Shown: in pieces, positions 12,294 to 24,086 of the stretch
Layout: each line of letters begins with the position of its first letter
How positions within the stretch are numbered: the stretch's first letter is position 1
Assembly (NCBI GenBank): GCA_965112735.1
Contig: OZ218964.1
Span: 1,922,001-1,986,000, forward strand
Direction: 5' to 3'
Source of the DNA: Phaeosaccion multiseriatum
Lineage: Eukaryota; Protista; Ochrophyta, other classes
Length of the DNA: 64,000 nt
Position numbers and translations under genes: made by a program
Notes under the pieces: generated by a model
What the model was told of the DNA's origin: nothing
The model's input: the letters and a program-made list of their open reading frames with translations, nothing else
Databases searched by the model: none

Positions 12294-15200
12294 CTACCCG
12301 CAGCAGCTAGTCGCAGCTGGCTCGCAAGTGCTGGATGGGGCTCTCTCCGTCTCCGCTTCCGCCATGGCTGCGAAGAAGCGCCTCAACGCTCCAATGGCCT
12401 CTCCAAAGGTAGCAGGCCGAGTAACTCGCTCAGCAATCCACTGCGGTAGACGACTGATAACCGCCGCATCCTCGTACCTGATGGGTCGGGTGGGGTTTGC
12501 GAAGCGCTGTCAGAGCTTTAAAATGCATCTGGCATAAACAAAGACTAAACTAGATACAATACAATAGACAATATACAATCAATCACACACCTTTCGTCCA
12601 CCAACATGATGCTCGCGTAGTCCCCGATGTGTCTGATGCTCCTTCCAATGCTCTGATTGACGGCCCTCATGCAGAGGCCTTGATAGTAGGCCTGCCCAGC
12701 CTTTCCGTTGGCACTCTTGGCGTCCAAGTATGCCATCTGATGGCATAGCAGAGTATATATATCATAGCAAGAGGGGGATGGGGGTAGGGAGAATCTCTGA
12801 TGGGAGGGACAAGGGGAGAACAATACCGGCCGCTGAGTCGCTCTCACCTTTTCGGCGAGCTCAACGTCTCTCTTATCGGGGTATGGCAAGCCCACCATCA
12901 CGACCAGTCTCGCCAGCGCGTCGCTAAAGTTGATTCCCTCGCTCATTTTGCCTCCCACGACGCTGAGCAAGAGCCCCCCTCCCTTCCCAATGGGCCCTCC
13001 CGATCTCCCTTCGACTGCTGCAGTGTACTGGCTCAGCACACTTTCCACGTTCTTTGCTAGTCTTGGTTCGCAAAAGACCGCCTTTCGCGTGCCGATTTGG
13101 CTCAGGAGGCCACTGCTTTGCCACCTTGCCACGATGGTGTCGAGGTAGGTATAGCTTGCCACAAATACCACGACCCCGCCTACGGCGCGGAAGTAGCAGC
13201 AGAGCAGAAGCAGGGTCAAACAGAGGTAGGCGACAAACTGACCCTCACAAAGAACGCTGCGGTACTACTCACCTGGCACCATGGTGCACACGTTGAGCAG
13301 CAGCCTCCCAAGCTCGTCCAGCTGAGCGTCGCTGCACCTGGAGATTTCATTGTCCGTTGCTAGTACTGAGCGGGGCGATACGTCTCAGAATATTCAATTC
13401 AACTGACACACCTCTTGTGGTAAGAGAAGTTGAATCTTGTGCGGGTAGGGCCGTGTGTGATGGCCAGGGGGAGCAAGTGGTCTGGAGGGATGACGTGGCC
13501 ACACGTGTAGGAGCTGATGCGGCCCTCGTCCACATTAGAGAAGAGCTGCACCACGAAGTCGTCGATGGGCTGCATGGTGCCTCCCACCAGCACAACGGAG
13601 CGAGCCTATCAAAGGAGGGGGGGGGGGTTAGACAAGGTGCTGGACTGGAGCAAACATGGCCACGGGCACACCATACACCTACCTGCTCCACGATGTCGTC
13701 AAAGTGCACTGCTGGATTCAGCATGACGTACTTCAGCGTAGCGTCGTTGTCCTCGGTGCTAGCGCCGCCCTTCGACGTCCCAAAGCTGACAATGATGCGG
13801 CCGTCCTTTGCAGGATTGCCCAGTGCCGACAGGAATCGACCGACTCCATCCAGCGAAGACACGTGACTGCTCACGTAGGCTACTGAAACGTCTGTAGAAT
13901 TTCGAATGTAAGGGAGAGTAAGAGTACCTTTCCCAGGCAGACAGTTCACACACCTTTTCCGTCTCCATCCTGCTGACCTGGCTGCACCTCGGCCTCCTCT
14001 TTGCCGCTGACAACAGCAGCAGTATCGCTCTCCATAAAGCCCTGTGGAGCACCCCAAAGAAAGAAGAGTTAGTCCCTGTTTTCAAGGCCTGCAAAGGCGA
14101 AGCCACAAAAGAATGGATGCTTACCCCCTTCACTGACCATGATTTTGCGCGAAATGTTGCTGACACGCATGAAGCGTTGTAGCTTGAAGAGGTTGACGTT
14201 GTCGACTTTGGCGTTGAAGAGGAAGTCGTTGACCTTCATCACTGTCGAGCGCGGAGCCTGCTGCTGTTGCGCTTGCTTACCACCTTGTGTGATCTTGTCC
14301 GCGTCTTTCTGACCCTTCCTGAGCATACTCATGAGAGCCCATAGGACCTAGTTTTGCCACGCGTACACGCATTGCTTGTGAGAAGGCAGGGGAAGTTACT
14401 TGGGGCCTCTCTCGCCAAAACTAAACCTGGAGAAGAGTGCCGACATAGAAGTTGTTCTTGCCCTTGAGCCGTAACCCGTACCGGTCTCTGTACTGGCTGA
14501 GCTGCTTGTGCGCCCTGGCCAGCTCGGCCAAGTTGAGCCTGCTCTCCCCCAGCGAGGCAGCCAGACGATTAGACAAGGAGGAAGAATCTCGAGGTGGGAA
14601 GGGACCCACTCACTTGACGCTATGGATGCTGTTGATAGTTTCAATGAGGTTGTGCGCCTCGTCGATGATGACCACGGCCCCCTTGAGCTTGAGGCCCATG
14701 GATTCACGGCTCTGCTTGTGGAGCAGCACCTGCGGGACATTGTATCGTGTCTCAGGTGCTGTTGACTTTGACCGGATAAAAGACTGGCAGGACGTACCGT
14801 GTAGGGCATGACCACGAGCTGCGCAAAGGGCACTGCTGCCCGAGTGCCGTAGTACGGGCAGGACTCGAGCTTATCGCCGAGGCGTGCTGAAAGCAGAGCA
14901 GACAGAGGAAAGAGCCTCACGTGTGTCAAGTGTGTATCGCTGCGGCCACGCTGACGCCCTCCACCACGCCCTATCCTTACCAAGCTCTTCGATGTCTCGG
15001 ACGACAGCTAGGGAGTGGTTCCGGAAAGTTTTCTGGGAGCTTCCAGACAGGTAGGGACACCGCGTTTGTGTCTTCTTCTTGGGCGCCTTTTGCTCCGTCA
15101 GCCTAACAAAGTACAACAGTTGAGACAAGTTGAGAACTCATCCAGCCAACCACACATCTGAAGAGAAAATTAGGTACCTTCTCTTCTTGCTCACACCGGC

Positions 15201-16145
15201 CTGGCTGGGGGACGTGGCTTTTCCCTTTTGTAAGTCCAGACACAGGTCGGTAACCCGTGCGTCGCTTCCTCGGCCTCGCTTCATCACTTCCTTGTTGATG
15301 CAAAGATTCCTTCTGCTCCCCAGGGACACGCACCGAATGCCGTCACCAAAGGCCTATAGGATCGTGTGTGCGAGTCAGGCTGAGGAGCAGCGAAAAAGGA
15401 TCGGCCACAATGCACGACTCCGCGTACTCACCGTCTTCTTCACCTCATTGACGAATTGCGAAATCTGAGAGTGCGTCCTGCTACAGTAAAAGACTTGACG
15501 CACAGCCAGGTCCTCCAGAAGCTTGGTGTCCTCTGCGAATGGGTCATCCTCCTCGCCGTCACTGTCATCGCTGCCAGCAGCCTCGCCATCGCTGGTGTAA
15601 TCAGACACCAGCCACCGCTCATCATCTGAGGCATCCATCTCCGCCTCTTTGCCTTTGCCTTTGGGCTTTTCTCTCCTTTTCTTGCTGTCTTCTCTTTTGT
15701 CTCCCCAGCCTGCTGCTTTTGCGCCCCGTCCCACCCTGAGCAAGTCCAGGCTTTCTTGCCTAAGCGAACCCAGCAAACCCTCAAACTTCTCCCGTCCCAG
15801 CTTTGTAGCCAAAGCTTTGGCCTCCGCCGCGCCCTGCTCCTTGCTGGCTTGGAAAGAAGTAAGCCACCCAGGCAAAGCTCCACCGAGCGCCGAGGGGGCT
15901 TGCTCTTGCCGAGTTTCGGCTTCAGGAGTCGTCCTTGTGTCTTTCCCTTCGGCAGTCTTGAGCCAATGCAGAGCACTGCAAATCACGCTCAAGCTCTTTC
16001 CCGTCCCCGTGGGGCTCTCGAATATACCCACCCCTGTAGTGTCCAGCGTTTCGAAGATACGATGCATGAGCTGGGACTGCACATCGTACGGCTGGAAGGG
16101 GAAAGGAAATGGCCCTGTCTCTTGGTCGCCCGGCTCTGCACTCAT
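12294..16145 (-). CDS. DDX11: DDX11/Chl1 Fe-S DNA helicase, multi-exon
   Basis: FPFQPYDVQ; [15 protein letters not shown]; [15 protein letters not shown]; [11 protein letters not shown]; CPYYGTR; IIDEAHNL; GGTMQP; [12 protein letters not shown]; [19 protein letters not shown]; stop TAG at 12294-12296. Confidence 0.93.
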
Positions 16146-16372
16146 TTCGTACAGTGGAAGTTCCAGAATACCTGACCCTCAATCAGGGGTTTCCCCCTCT
16201 TTCAAACACAAGCAAACAACCGGGCCCTTGGTCGAGTTCTCCCTTTCCTCCCCGTGCTGATCAAAAATAAAGACGGCGAAAGGGGTCAATTTTCTCCCAT
16301 TGACATACGTGATCCACAAACTCTCCGACGGCGGACAGGATGTTTCCGGCATCGCGGCGCCAGCCAGCGTGC

Positions 16373-16585
16373 TCGACCCCTGATACACTATCCGCTATCC
16401 GCTATCGCCGGCGCCAGCCGGCGCGCTATCCGCTATCGCCGGCGCAGCCGGCACGCTATCCGCTATCGCCGGCGCCAGCCGGCACGCTATCCGCTATCGC
16501 CGGCGTCCAGCCGGCGCGCTATCCGCTATCGCCGGGGCCCGATAGCGCGCTATCGAGAATGTGGCGATAGTGTATCAGGGGTCGA
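16373..16585 (+). mobile_element. 213-bp 'GCTATC' MITE, perfect TIRs, 6-bp TSD, nested in an older copy of the same family (about 16355..16714)
   Basis: tcgacccctgatacactatc ... gatagtgtatcaggggtcga; gcgtgc at 16367-16372 and 16586-16591; interior is about 4.5 tandem ~30-bp units gctatccgctatcgccggcgccagccggcRc. Confidence 0.92.
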
Positions 16586-16714
16586 GCGTGCTATCCGTTA
16601 GATCCGCTATCCGCTATCGCCGGCGCCAGCTGATCCGCTATCGGACCCTATCGCGCCCCCCGGGGCCCGATAGCGCGCTATCGAGAATGTGGGCGATAGT
16701 GCGTCAGGGGTCGA

Positions 16715-16865
16715 CAGGTTACCGATCACTACGGTTGCACGCTACTGGCGTCCGGCCGGTAGCAGGTAGCACGCCAGCAGATGGTGGTAGTGGCAGCTGA
16801 TGGTTGGCCGGCCGGCCGGTTGGTACCGGTGGTCAAGGCCGGCAGGTAGCACGTCAAGGGGTCCA
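16715..16865 (+). mobile_element. Remnant of a related TIR family ('GGTAGC' type)
   Basis: Ends ggtagcacgtcaaggggtcca; shares cggccggtagcag and the terminus with 42337..42563 (ggtagcacgctaggggtcga). Confidence 0.5.
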
Positions 16866-16887
16866 GGAATGGGCGTAGTAAGTTGAT

Positions 16888-19098
16888 CTATTTTAAAACG
16901 TTTGTAAATTTCTCCAAAATGGTAATGACAGTCCCCACAACGGTCATGGCCCCTCCGAAGACAACAAGAAGGCGCAAGACCATGGGCTCGAGGCCCTTGA
17001 GCCTCTCCCCGGCTGGGGTGGTGGCCTTCTTGCGCAAGCACTTGAGTCGGATGATGCCCGGCAGCGAGTAGGTCATTCCAGCCCCCAGGAGCGACCCAAT
17101 CAAGCTGACGACAAGCCCAACGTCCGGAGTGAGGATGGCCAGTCCGGTGGCCGCGGTGAGGATGGCGGTGCTGAGTGCAGCCCACAAGACTGTTCGTTTG
17201 TCCACGTCCTTCCCCACCAGGCCCATGGCGTTGAGCGTGCTGAAGGCGCTGTCTCGAAGACCCGTGAAGAGCAAGGGCTGATGGAGTTGTTGGACAAGAC
17301 GTGGTGTGTTTGAGGTGTTAGAAACAACGTTGTTGCTTGGCCTGACATACTTCCCCTCTACGATGAATACATACGTACCTGGCTCCCAATGATGGAGATT
17401 CCTGTCGCGGCCCGAGCAAAAGTAGCCAACCTTTTGGAGAATGTGGGGAGGGGGGGGGGGGGGGTAAGGAGTCATGCATAAGCTCAATTTGGAAACCCAG
17501 CGCTCTACCCTGTCTATACAAACTCACTTGTCCTTCGTGGGGTGGTAATTATTGAGGATGAGTCCGCTCGACGATGATCCAAACGTCGCAAAGCCAAAGC
17601 CCATGGCCGCGATGACCACAGTCGCGGCTGTCATAAAGGCAGCGGCGCACACGCCCCGGAATCGCTTTGGGGAGGTGTCTTTCAGGTCATTGTAAAACTT
17701 GACCGCGTTGGGGTGCGCCATGAAGGCGGTGGCTCCCATATTGAAGAGCACGCACGTGCCGACACTGATACCCAGCAAGCTGTTCACCGAGCTGTGGGGG
17801 GTGAGGAAAGAGGTTCGGTTTGAAGGTCAATCCAGCCGCCCAATTCTTTCCCTTGTTCGCAACCCCTCCAACCCCTCACCTGGCTGCTGGCTGGGCTTGC
17901 CCCACAAACTCCATGAATTGCCCTCCTGCCCCGTAGCTTCCGTCAAAGAAGCGTAGCCCAGTAAAGGCAGTAACGTAGAGCACCGCCAAGATGCCAAGAA
18001 TACTGCTGAAAGACAATGCACTCAAGTCTCGAAGCAGACAGAGAGGCAACAGCACAAGGCTGGTAATGCCTACAATCGCACCTCCACGGGTGCAAGCCCA
18101 TGCAGGAAGAAATCCTCCCCCAAAGCTGCCCGCCAAGGAGGAGAAAATGTCGCCTGCGACGATTCATTAGCAGCACAAAAGGACGTTCAGTTTCAAGCAA
18201 CAACGATAGGCTCCGGTAGCTCCGGTGAAAGACACTCACCGAGGAAGCAGCCGTACATGATGCACACGCCGAAGCAAAGCAGGCAGATGGCGGCATCCAC
18301 GCACCAAGACGACTTCTCCCCAATTGTCCTGGCCCAGAGCTCTTTAAAGTTTCTCGCACCCGTGTCCTCCGTGGAGGCACCGAGGGAGTAAAAGGTGTAC
18401 GCCGAGCTGGCGCAAGTCAACATCATGAGCGAAATTGCAGGAACCCATCCTGTGTTGACAAGTCCAGCGAGTTTAGCACGGTCGGAGCGAATGGCGCGCA
18501 GAGGGCAGGGGGCTAGCCCTCACCTGTCCTCACCTGTACCCGCGCCTGCAGCCATTCCTGCGGGAAGAGCGAGCATGCCACCTCCGATAATGTTCTTGGC
18601 AAGGTTGAAAATCGATGTCATCAAGGATGAACTCCCCTTCGTTTCAGGAGCCGCCACTCCACCGCCAGAGACCTGCCGGCCGGGAAAAGGGCGTTTGCTT
18701 GAGCACGGGGCTTTGGAACAGGGACGGCGCACCGCATACCTGTAACGCAGCCAACGTGCTGCCGCTGGTGCTGACCGCTCCTTCTGCTGTGGAGCCGAGG
18801 CAAACCCTCCTCTCTCCTCGAGTCGTCCGCCGAGAGTCCCTGAGCACACTGGTGCTGCTGCTCTTGGCCTGAGCACGTGCAGCAGCAGGGGCAGGCCGCA
18901 GTCCTCGCTCACTCGAGCGAGAATCCTTCCTGAAGGAGAGAGCCAGGCGATTAGGCGTTCGATAGCTGGTGACCATCGAATGCCACACAAAAGAAAGTCC
19001 TACCCGAACGCCGGCGGCAGCTGTGTGAAGGCCAAGCCATGGCTCAACCCAAGGCCCAAGAGGAGCAGAGCTTGCCGTTGGCACCCCATGCGCCCCAT
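16888..19098 (-). CDS. Amino acid transporter (Aa_trans/SLC38-like), probably plastid-targeted, multi-exon
   Basis: SIFNLAKNIIGGGMLALPAG; LLPLCLLRDLSALSFSSILG; TAFMAHPNA; GFATFG...ILNNY; YPLLF; leader LLLLGLGLSHGLAFTQ. Confidence 0.85.
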
Positions 19099-19224
19099 GG
19101 GTGTGTTTGCTTTGACTTTGTCAACTGGAGTACATCGTATCCGGTGGGGGTCCCGTGGGTTTTCGTATGCCAATGAATGTGGAATGATTTTGTTTTTATT
19201 GACATAATTCAGTAATCGTGCCAA

Positions 19225-21888
19225 CTACGGGGGGGGTTTCATTGACGCCTCCAGCAGCTTTTGTTTCTCAGCATCCAGCTCATCGAGGAGGTTCCAAGGG
19301 ATACGCATGCTGGCCTCCTCCTTGACGCTTTGCAGGCGGCGTTGCCGCTGTCGGAGTAGTATCCGTTTCGTTTTGGAAACTGTCTGCGGCATGGAACTCA
19401 CGCCCGGGGCGGGCGCACGCCCGGTGGGTACTGCGGAAGCCAAACCGTGTGCATTGACAAACCCATAGCCAGAGAGTGTGCTCTGCCGTTCCCCTGCTTG
19501 GGCTTGGGCTTGTGCTGCTCCTGCTGCCGCCGCCGCTGCTGCTGCTGGAGGTGTATGTTTTGCAGGGCTCGCTTCAGCAGCAAGGCCAGGGCTCACACTA
19601 CTCGTTGGGCGGAGCGCCTCCTCCTGTGCGTCGTGCTGTCGGGCCATTGCGGCTGCTGCCATTGGGTGCAGCTCCATCGCAGGGGCCATTGGGGCCATGA
19701 TGGTCTCGAACTGAGCGAGCTGATTGAAATGGCTTTGTAGCTGCAATTTGGCCATGGTCTCCTTCATTGCTGCCTCTCCTCCTCCTCCTCCTCCTCCTCC
19801 TCCTCCTCCTCCTCCTCCTCCTCCTCCTCCTCCTCCTCCTCCTCCTCCTCCTCCTGAGAGGAAGGAGTCTTCGTCAGCTTCGTTGTTGCACAATGCAAAG
19901 AGATCAACGCTTCCGCCAGTAAAGACTTGTGTACGGACCGCCTCCACGGGGTCGGATCTCCTTTGCTTTTTCTTCTTTTCCACTTTGCCGGTGGGAGTGA
20001 AAAACCTGACCGCCCACTTTCGCTTCTGGTCAGCAATGGCCATCTTGTCCCGCCTGTACTTCTGGTCAAAGTGGCGGCGACTCTCTCTTTCCCAGATGGA
20101 CACTTGCTCTTCATCTCGCCACTTGCTCAGTCGCTTGCACTTGGCCTCCATCTCGAGTATGGTTTCTTGGCGGCCTTGCAGCTCCTCTTCAGCTTGGCGG
20201 CACCCCATTGCCACGTCAAAGCAGCACTGAAGCTTTGCGCGGGTAATGCTCGCGCGCTGATTCCTGGCATTCTTCTCCAGTTCCTCCTTCCAGCCTTGCT
20301 GCAGAGACCGTGGACTGAGCAAGAGGCGCTGTGCTTCCATCTCATTCCGCGCCGCGTGCAGGTCAGCAATTTCCTCGTGTGCAGCCTTCTCCTGATTGCC
20401 CTTTTCCAAGACCCTGGCCTCTAGGCGGCTTCTCAGCAGGCGATTTCTTAACACCCCAATATGTTCTCGCGTCCAATCCTCTTCCGCTGCGAGCGTTCTC
20501 AGAAACTCAAGTCGCCGTCCATCTTCCCTTGCTTCCAAAAAGGACTTCTTCAGGGATCTCGCAACGAACCCACGATAGCACCTCTGAATGGTCTCGGCCG
20601 CCCTTCCATACTTGAGGCGCCGCTGCTGCACTCTCTTGATGGCAGTGATTTTTCGCGCCACGCACTGCATTCGTGTAGCTTGGACGTTCAAATACCGGTG
20701 ATCGACCCTTGTGCGGTCGACGCAGCCCCTCCACAGCACCTGAACCCTCAGCGCAGCCACGTTGCGCCTCTCTGCCTCTGCCCTTTGTCTTCCCCAGTGC
20801 CCCCGCAGCATTGCCTGTATCCGCCGGACCATGGCGTGCTTTTGCGACAGCCGCCTCCTCCAACGCACGTTGCTGAGGACGCGCCGAAAGATCGTTTGCC
20901 AAGCCAAGACCATGTTGCTCCGCCGAACGTACCATTCTGCCACGTATCGCCGCACGAGGACCCCCCTCACGAGTGCTTGGAGCTTCATGACGGCAGAAAT
21001 CATGTGCAGCATGTGAGCAAAGGACTTTTTTCGGTAGTACTTCTTGTACACACGCTGCAACTTGGTGGCAGCAGTCTTCTCCGACAAGCTTGTGTGCACC
21101 AGAGCGTTTAAGTCCAAGCTCTCCACGCCGTCAAGCGAGCCTCCTCGCAGCGCATCGCTGCCGCCGCCACCCCTTTCCCTCTTATGGGATTTATGGGATT
21201 TGTATACTTTGCCAATCAATTGCCTCGTCGTGTTGGAGCTGATGCTACTGCTGGTGCTGCTACTCCCGCCACTGCCTACGCCGCCACTGCTGCTACGGGT
21301 CACCGGTGACCGTCGTTTCTGCAGGAGCCTGGCTTCCAGGTCGCGCAGTCTCATCTTCTCCAAGTCGCTGAGCCCCCCAATCGAACAACCAGACTCGTCT
21401 GCTGCCTCAGAAGACCTCTTTGGAACGGATAAGGCGCCCTTGCGTTTCGTATGTTCCACAAACCCCACCATCCACATGCCATCCAGCTCCGCCGCAGACC
21501 CTTCCGGGGGGGAGGCCAGCGAGAGACTTGATGAGGGCCGATTAAATAAGCGGGGGTAGACGACTTCATCGTAGAGCAGATACTTGCTATTCTCGGAGTC
21601 TCTGTTGAGTGTGAAGCTCGTAAATAAGTCCCGCTGCCGCGACTGCTTTCTATTTCGCTGCAGCGGCGGCTGCTGCTGGTGATGGTGCTGCTGCTGCCGC
21701 TGCCGCAGTCTGCGCTGCTTCGGCTGGGCCTGGGGCGCCTGCGAGACCAAAGATCGCAGATCCCTCGAAAAAGCGCTGCCTTCGGCTCCAGCCCCTCCTG
21801 GTGCTGCTACTGCTGAAGCCGCTACTGGAGCTGCTGCCGCTACTCCTGAGGAGGGACGATCTACCTTTTTCGGAATGGGGGGGAGCAT
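19225..21888 (-). CDS. IQ-motif and coiled-coil protein, single exon, with poly-Gly tract
   Basis: Repeated IQ-like motifs (LQALVRGVLVR, IQAMLRGHWGR, VQVLWRGCVDR, IQRCYRGFVAR) followed by long heptad-rich helices; (GGA)n at about 19778-19855. Confidence 0.75.
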   Translation of the reverse strand: MLPPIPKKVDRPSSGVAAAAPVAASAVAAPGGAGAEGSAFSRDLRSLVSQAPQAQPKQRRLRQRQQQHHHQQQPPLQRNRKQSRQRDLFTSFTLNRDSENSKYLLYDEVVYPRLFNRPSSSLSLASPPEGSAAELDGMWMVGFVEHTKRKGALSVPKRSSEAADESGCSIGGLSDLEKMRLRDLEARLLQKRRSPVTRSSSGGVGSGGSSSTSSSISSNTTRQLIGKVYKSHKSHKRERGGGGSDALRGGSLDGVESLDLNALVHTSLSEKTAATKLQRVYKKYYRKKSFAHMLHMISAVMKLQALVRGVLVRRYVAEWYVRRSNMVLAWQTIFRRVLSNVRWRRRLSQKHAMVRRIQAMLRGHWGRQRAEAERRNVAALRVQVLWRGCVDRTRVDHRYLNVQATRMQCVARKITAIKRVQQRRLKYGRAAETIQRCYRGFVARSLKKSFLEAREDGRRLEFLRTLAAEEDWTREHIGVLRNRLLRSRLEARVLEKGNQEKAAHEEIADLHAARNEMEAQRLLLSPRSLQQGWKEELEKNARNQRASITRAKLQCCFDVAMGCRQAEEELQGRQETILEMEAKCKRLSKWRDEEQVSIWERESRRHFDQKYRRDKMAIADQKRKWAVRFFTPTGKVEKKKKQRRSDPVEAVRTQVFTGGSVDLFALCNNEADEDSFLSGGGGGGGGGGGGGGGGGGGGGGGGGGEAAMKETMAKLQLQSHFNQLAQFETIMAPMAPAMELHPMAAAAMARQHDAQEEALRPTSSVSPGLAAEASPAKHTPPAAAAAAAAGAAQAQAQAGERQSTLSGYGFVNAHGLASAVPTGRAPAPGVSSMPQTVSKTKRILLRQRQRRLQSVKEEASMRIPWNLLDELDAEKQKLLEASMKPPP

Positions 21889-22087
21889 TGGGAGGAGGAA
21901 AAGCGAAGAGAGAGGACCCTCTGTGTTGGTGCAGAAGGCAACCAAAAGGTAACAGTTATACGCGTGTTGGTTATCCACAGTCGCCAGCGCTGGTGAGTCT
22001 TTGACTGTGTCCTTCCCCCTTGCGCGGGTTTTCCGGCTGTAGGACCAACCAGTGGACCAGTGCGAAGTTCTTATCGCGCTTTGTGCA

Positions 22088-23916
22088 ATGAGAGTAGCAG
22101 TACTCTTTCTCTGGGGGCCTTTAGTTGCCGGTAGTAGGCTATCTGGCCCGATGGAGTGCGGGGCCGGGTCACCCCACAAGAGAGCGGATCTTCGGCACTC
22201 ACAAGCAGGTGTGTCTCTTCTTCTTGCATGGAGTGGAATAGAGCGAGGAAAGGTGGCACAGCAGGCCCTCTTGTGAACTACCCCACCGTCTCGCTGTGCG
22301 TCTCTTCTTCTCCACGCACGTGGCGTGCCAGATCCATCCAGCGCCGGGTCAATAGGAGGGGCTCATGGCTTCAGAGAAGCCTCCGAACAACTACTAGGAG
22401 TCGAAGGTGGTGAGAAAGCACGGGGAATCACCTTGAGCGGGGGAAGGAAGGCTCTTTTAAGACGGATGCGTGGCGGATCGGGAGCCCTTGAACGAGTCCA
22501 AGTGCTGTGCTACTTTGGGCTCTGGTATGTGCTCAACATCATGTACAACATTGCAAATAAGGTTTGTTCGAGGGAGGGAGGGAGGGGGGATGGGTGTGTG
22601 TCGCAGAGAATGGTGTACCAACATCTTGTCTGTCATGTTTTTCAATCTCTCGTCGCAGCGGGTGCTGAACACGCTGGCACTGCCGTGGACGGTGGCTGTC
22701 ACACAACTCGGCATCGGGAGCCTTTGGGTCGCGCTGCAATGGGCCAGCCGCGTGCGGGCTGCGCCCGCGGTGGATCGCCGCGCCGTTCAATCCATGCTAC
22801 CAGTAGCCGCGTTTCATGGAGGGGGGCAAATGGCGACTGTGATCTCCCTTGGGGCTGGGGCCGTGAGCTTTACGCATATTGTCAAAGCCTTGGAGCCGTT
22901 CTTTAGCGCAATCGTGGCTGCCATAGCGTTTCGCCAAATTTTCCGGCCACAAGTCTATCTGGTATGTGTATCCCACCCAACTCACCTTCACAGTAAGAGG
23001 GAAATGGAGCCTGATACCCAATGTCCCCCCCCCCCTCCACGAGCAGGCCCTGGTGCCCGTAGTCTTCGGCGTGGGTCTCGCGTGCTACTCGGAAATCAAC
23101 TTTTCTTGGCTCAGGTAGAGACTGTCCTGTTCTATGACTCCCTTACTCCTCCTCCTCCTGCTGCTGCTGCTGCTGCTGCTATGCTACCCCAACTGAAACG
23201 ACCCTACCTCCCTCCCTTGTCCTCTTTTCCTACTCTGCACGCTGAGTGCAGCTTTCTGAGCGCCATGGCGTCCAATGCGTTCTTTGCTTGCAGGGCCAAC
23301 TTTTCCAAGGCCCTGATGCAAAGGGGCGACAAGGGGAGCAACGGCATATCTGCAGCCAATCTCTACGGAGTAGTGACGATACTAGCCTTCCTCCTTACTC
23401 TGCCGCTGGCTGTAAGCATGGAAGGATCCATCATACTTTCTAAGTGGAAGGAATCTATTGCAGGTATGACTCAATTCTTTAGCTTGCTGATGTGGTGGCG
23501 GGGGAGTGAAGGGGAGGGGGGGGGGGTATCGAAAAGAGACCGAGACAGGACCCGCGCAATGAAGCCCCATCCACCTGATGCAGGCGTGCATTCCCACCAC
23601 TGATTGGAACGGCTGTCCCGTACTTTTTGCGTTTGCGCCTCTCTGTTCGGCGGCAGGCACAACGGGACACAATTTGGCTCTGGCATTACTCACTTCCGGT
23701 CTGACGCACTATCTGAACAACGAGGTCATGTACCTTGCACTGCACAAGGTCCATCCCATCACGCTTGCCGTGGGGAACACCATGAAGCGTGTGTTCATTA
23801 TTGTCGCGAGCTTGCTCGTATTTCAGAATCCAATCTCCCCAATGGGGTGCTTCGGTTCGTGTGTGGGCATCTTGGGAGTCTTCGTGTACAGCCTCGCCAA
23901 AAACAAATACACGTAG
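22088..23916 (+). CDS. Triose-phosphate/phosphate translocator family (TPT/PPT-like), multi-exon
   Basis: FGLWYVLNIMYNIANK; GAGAVSFTHIVKALEPFFS; AMASN; HYLNNEV..VHPITLAVGNTMKRVFIIV; N-terminal signal-like MRVAVLFLWG. Start codon uncertain. Confidence 0.88.
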
Positions 23917-24086
23917 CAACGTGTTAAACTAATAGAGAGTCCCATAGACAGACATGGCCAGCGCCCCCGAACAAACAAAAAAAACAATTCACTTACAAAT
24001 AAAAAGGATTAAAGCAATGTGATTCTCAAACCTCTTTCGATTCTCAAACCTATTTCAACGTAAAACAAGACAACAACAAGGATTAC

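Noticed and set aside
16366-16592. Alternative 8-bp (hAT-type) TSD agcgtgct
   Set aside because: The extra flanking a/t bases are simply the element's own terminal T/A. All copies end in CGA, and the 3242 and 43884 sites fit only a 6-bp duplication.
16384-16700. CRISPR-like array of ~30-bp repeats
   Set aside because: The units are contiguous with no unique spacers, there are no cas genes, the context is eukaryotic, and the array is bounded by TIRs and a TSD.
19447-21559. Numerous antisense ORFs over real genes
   Set aside because: Shadow ORFs of GC-rich coding sequence with no recognisable motifs.
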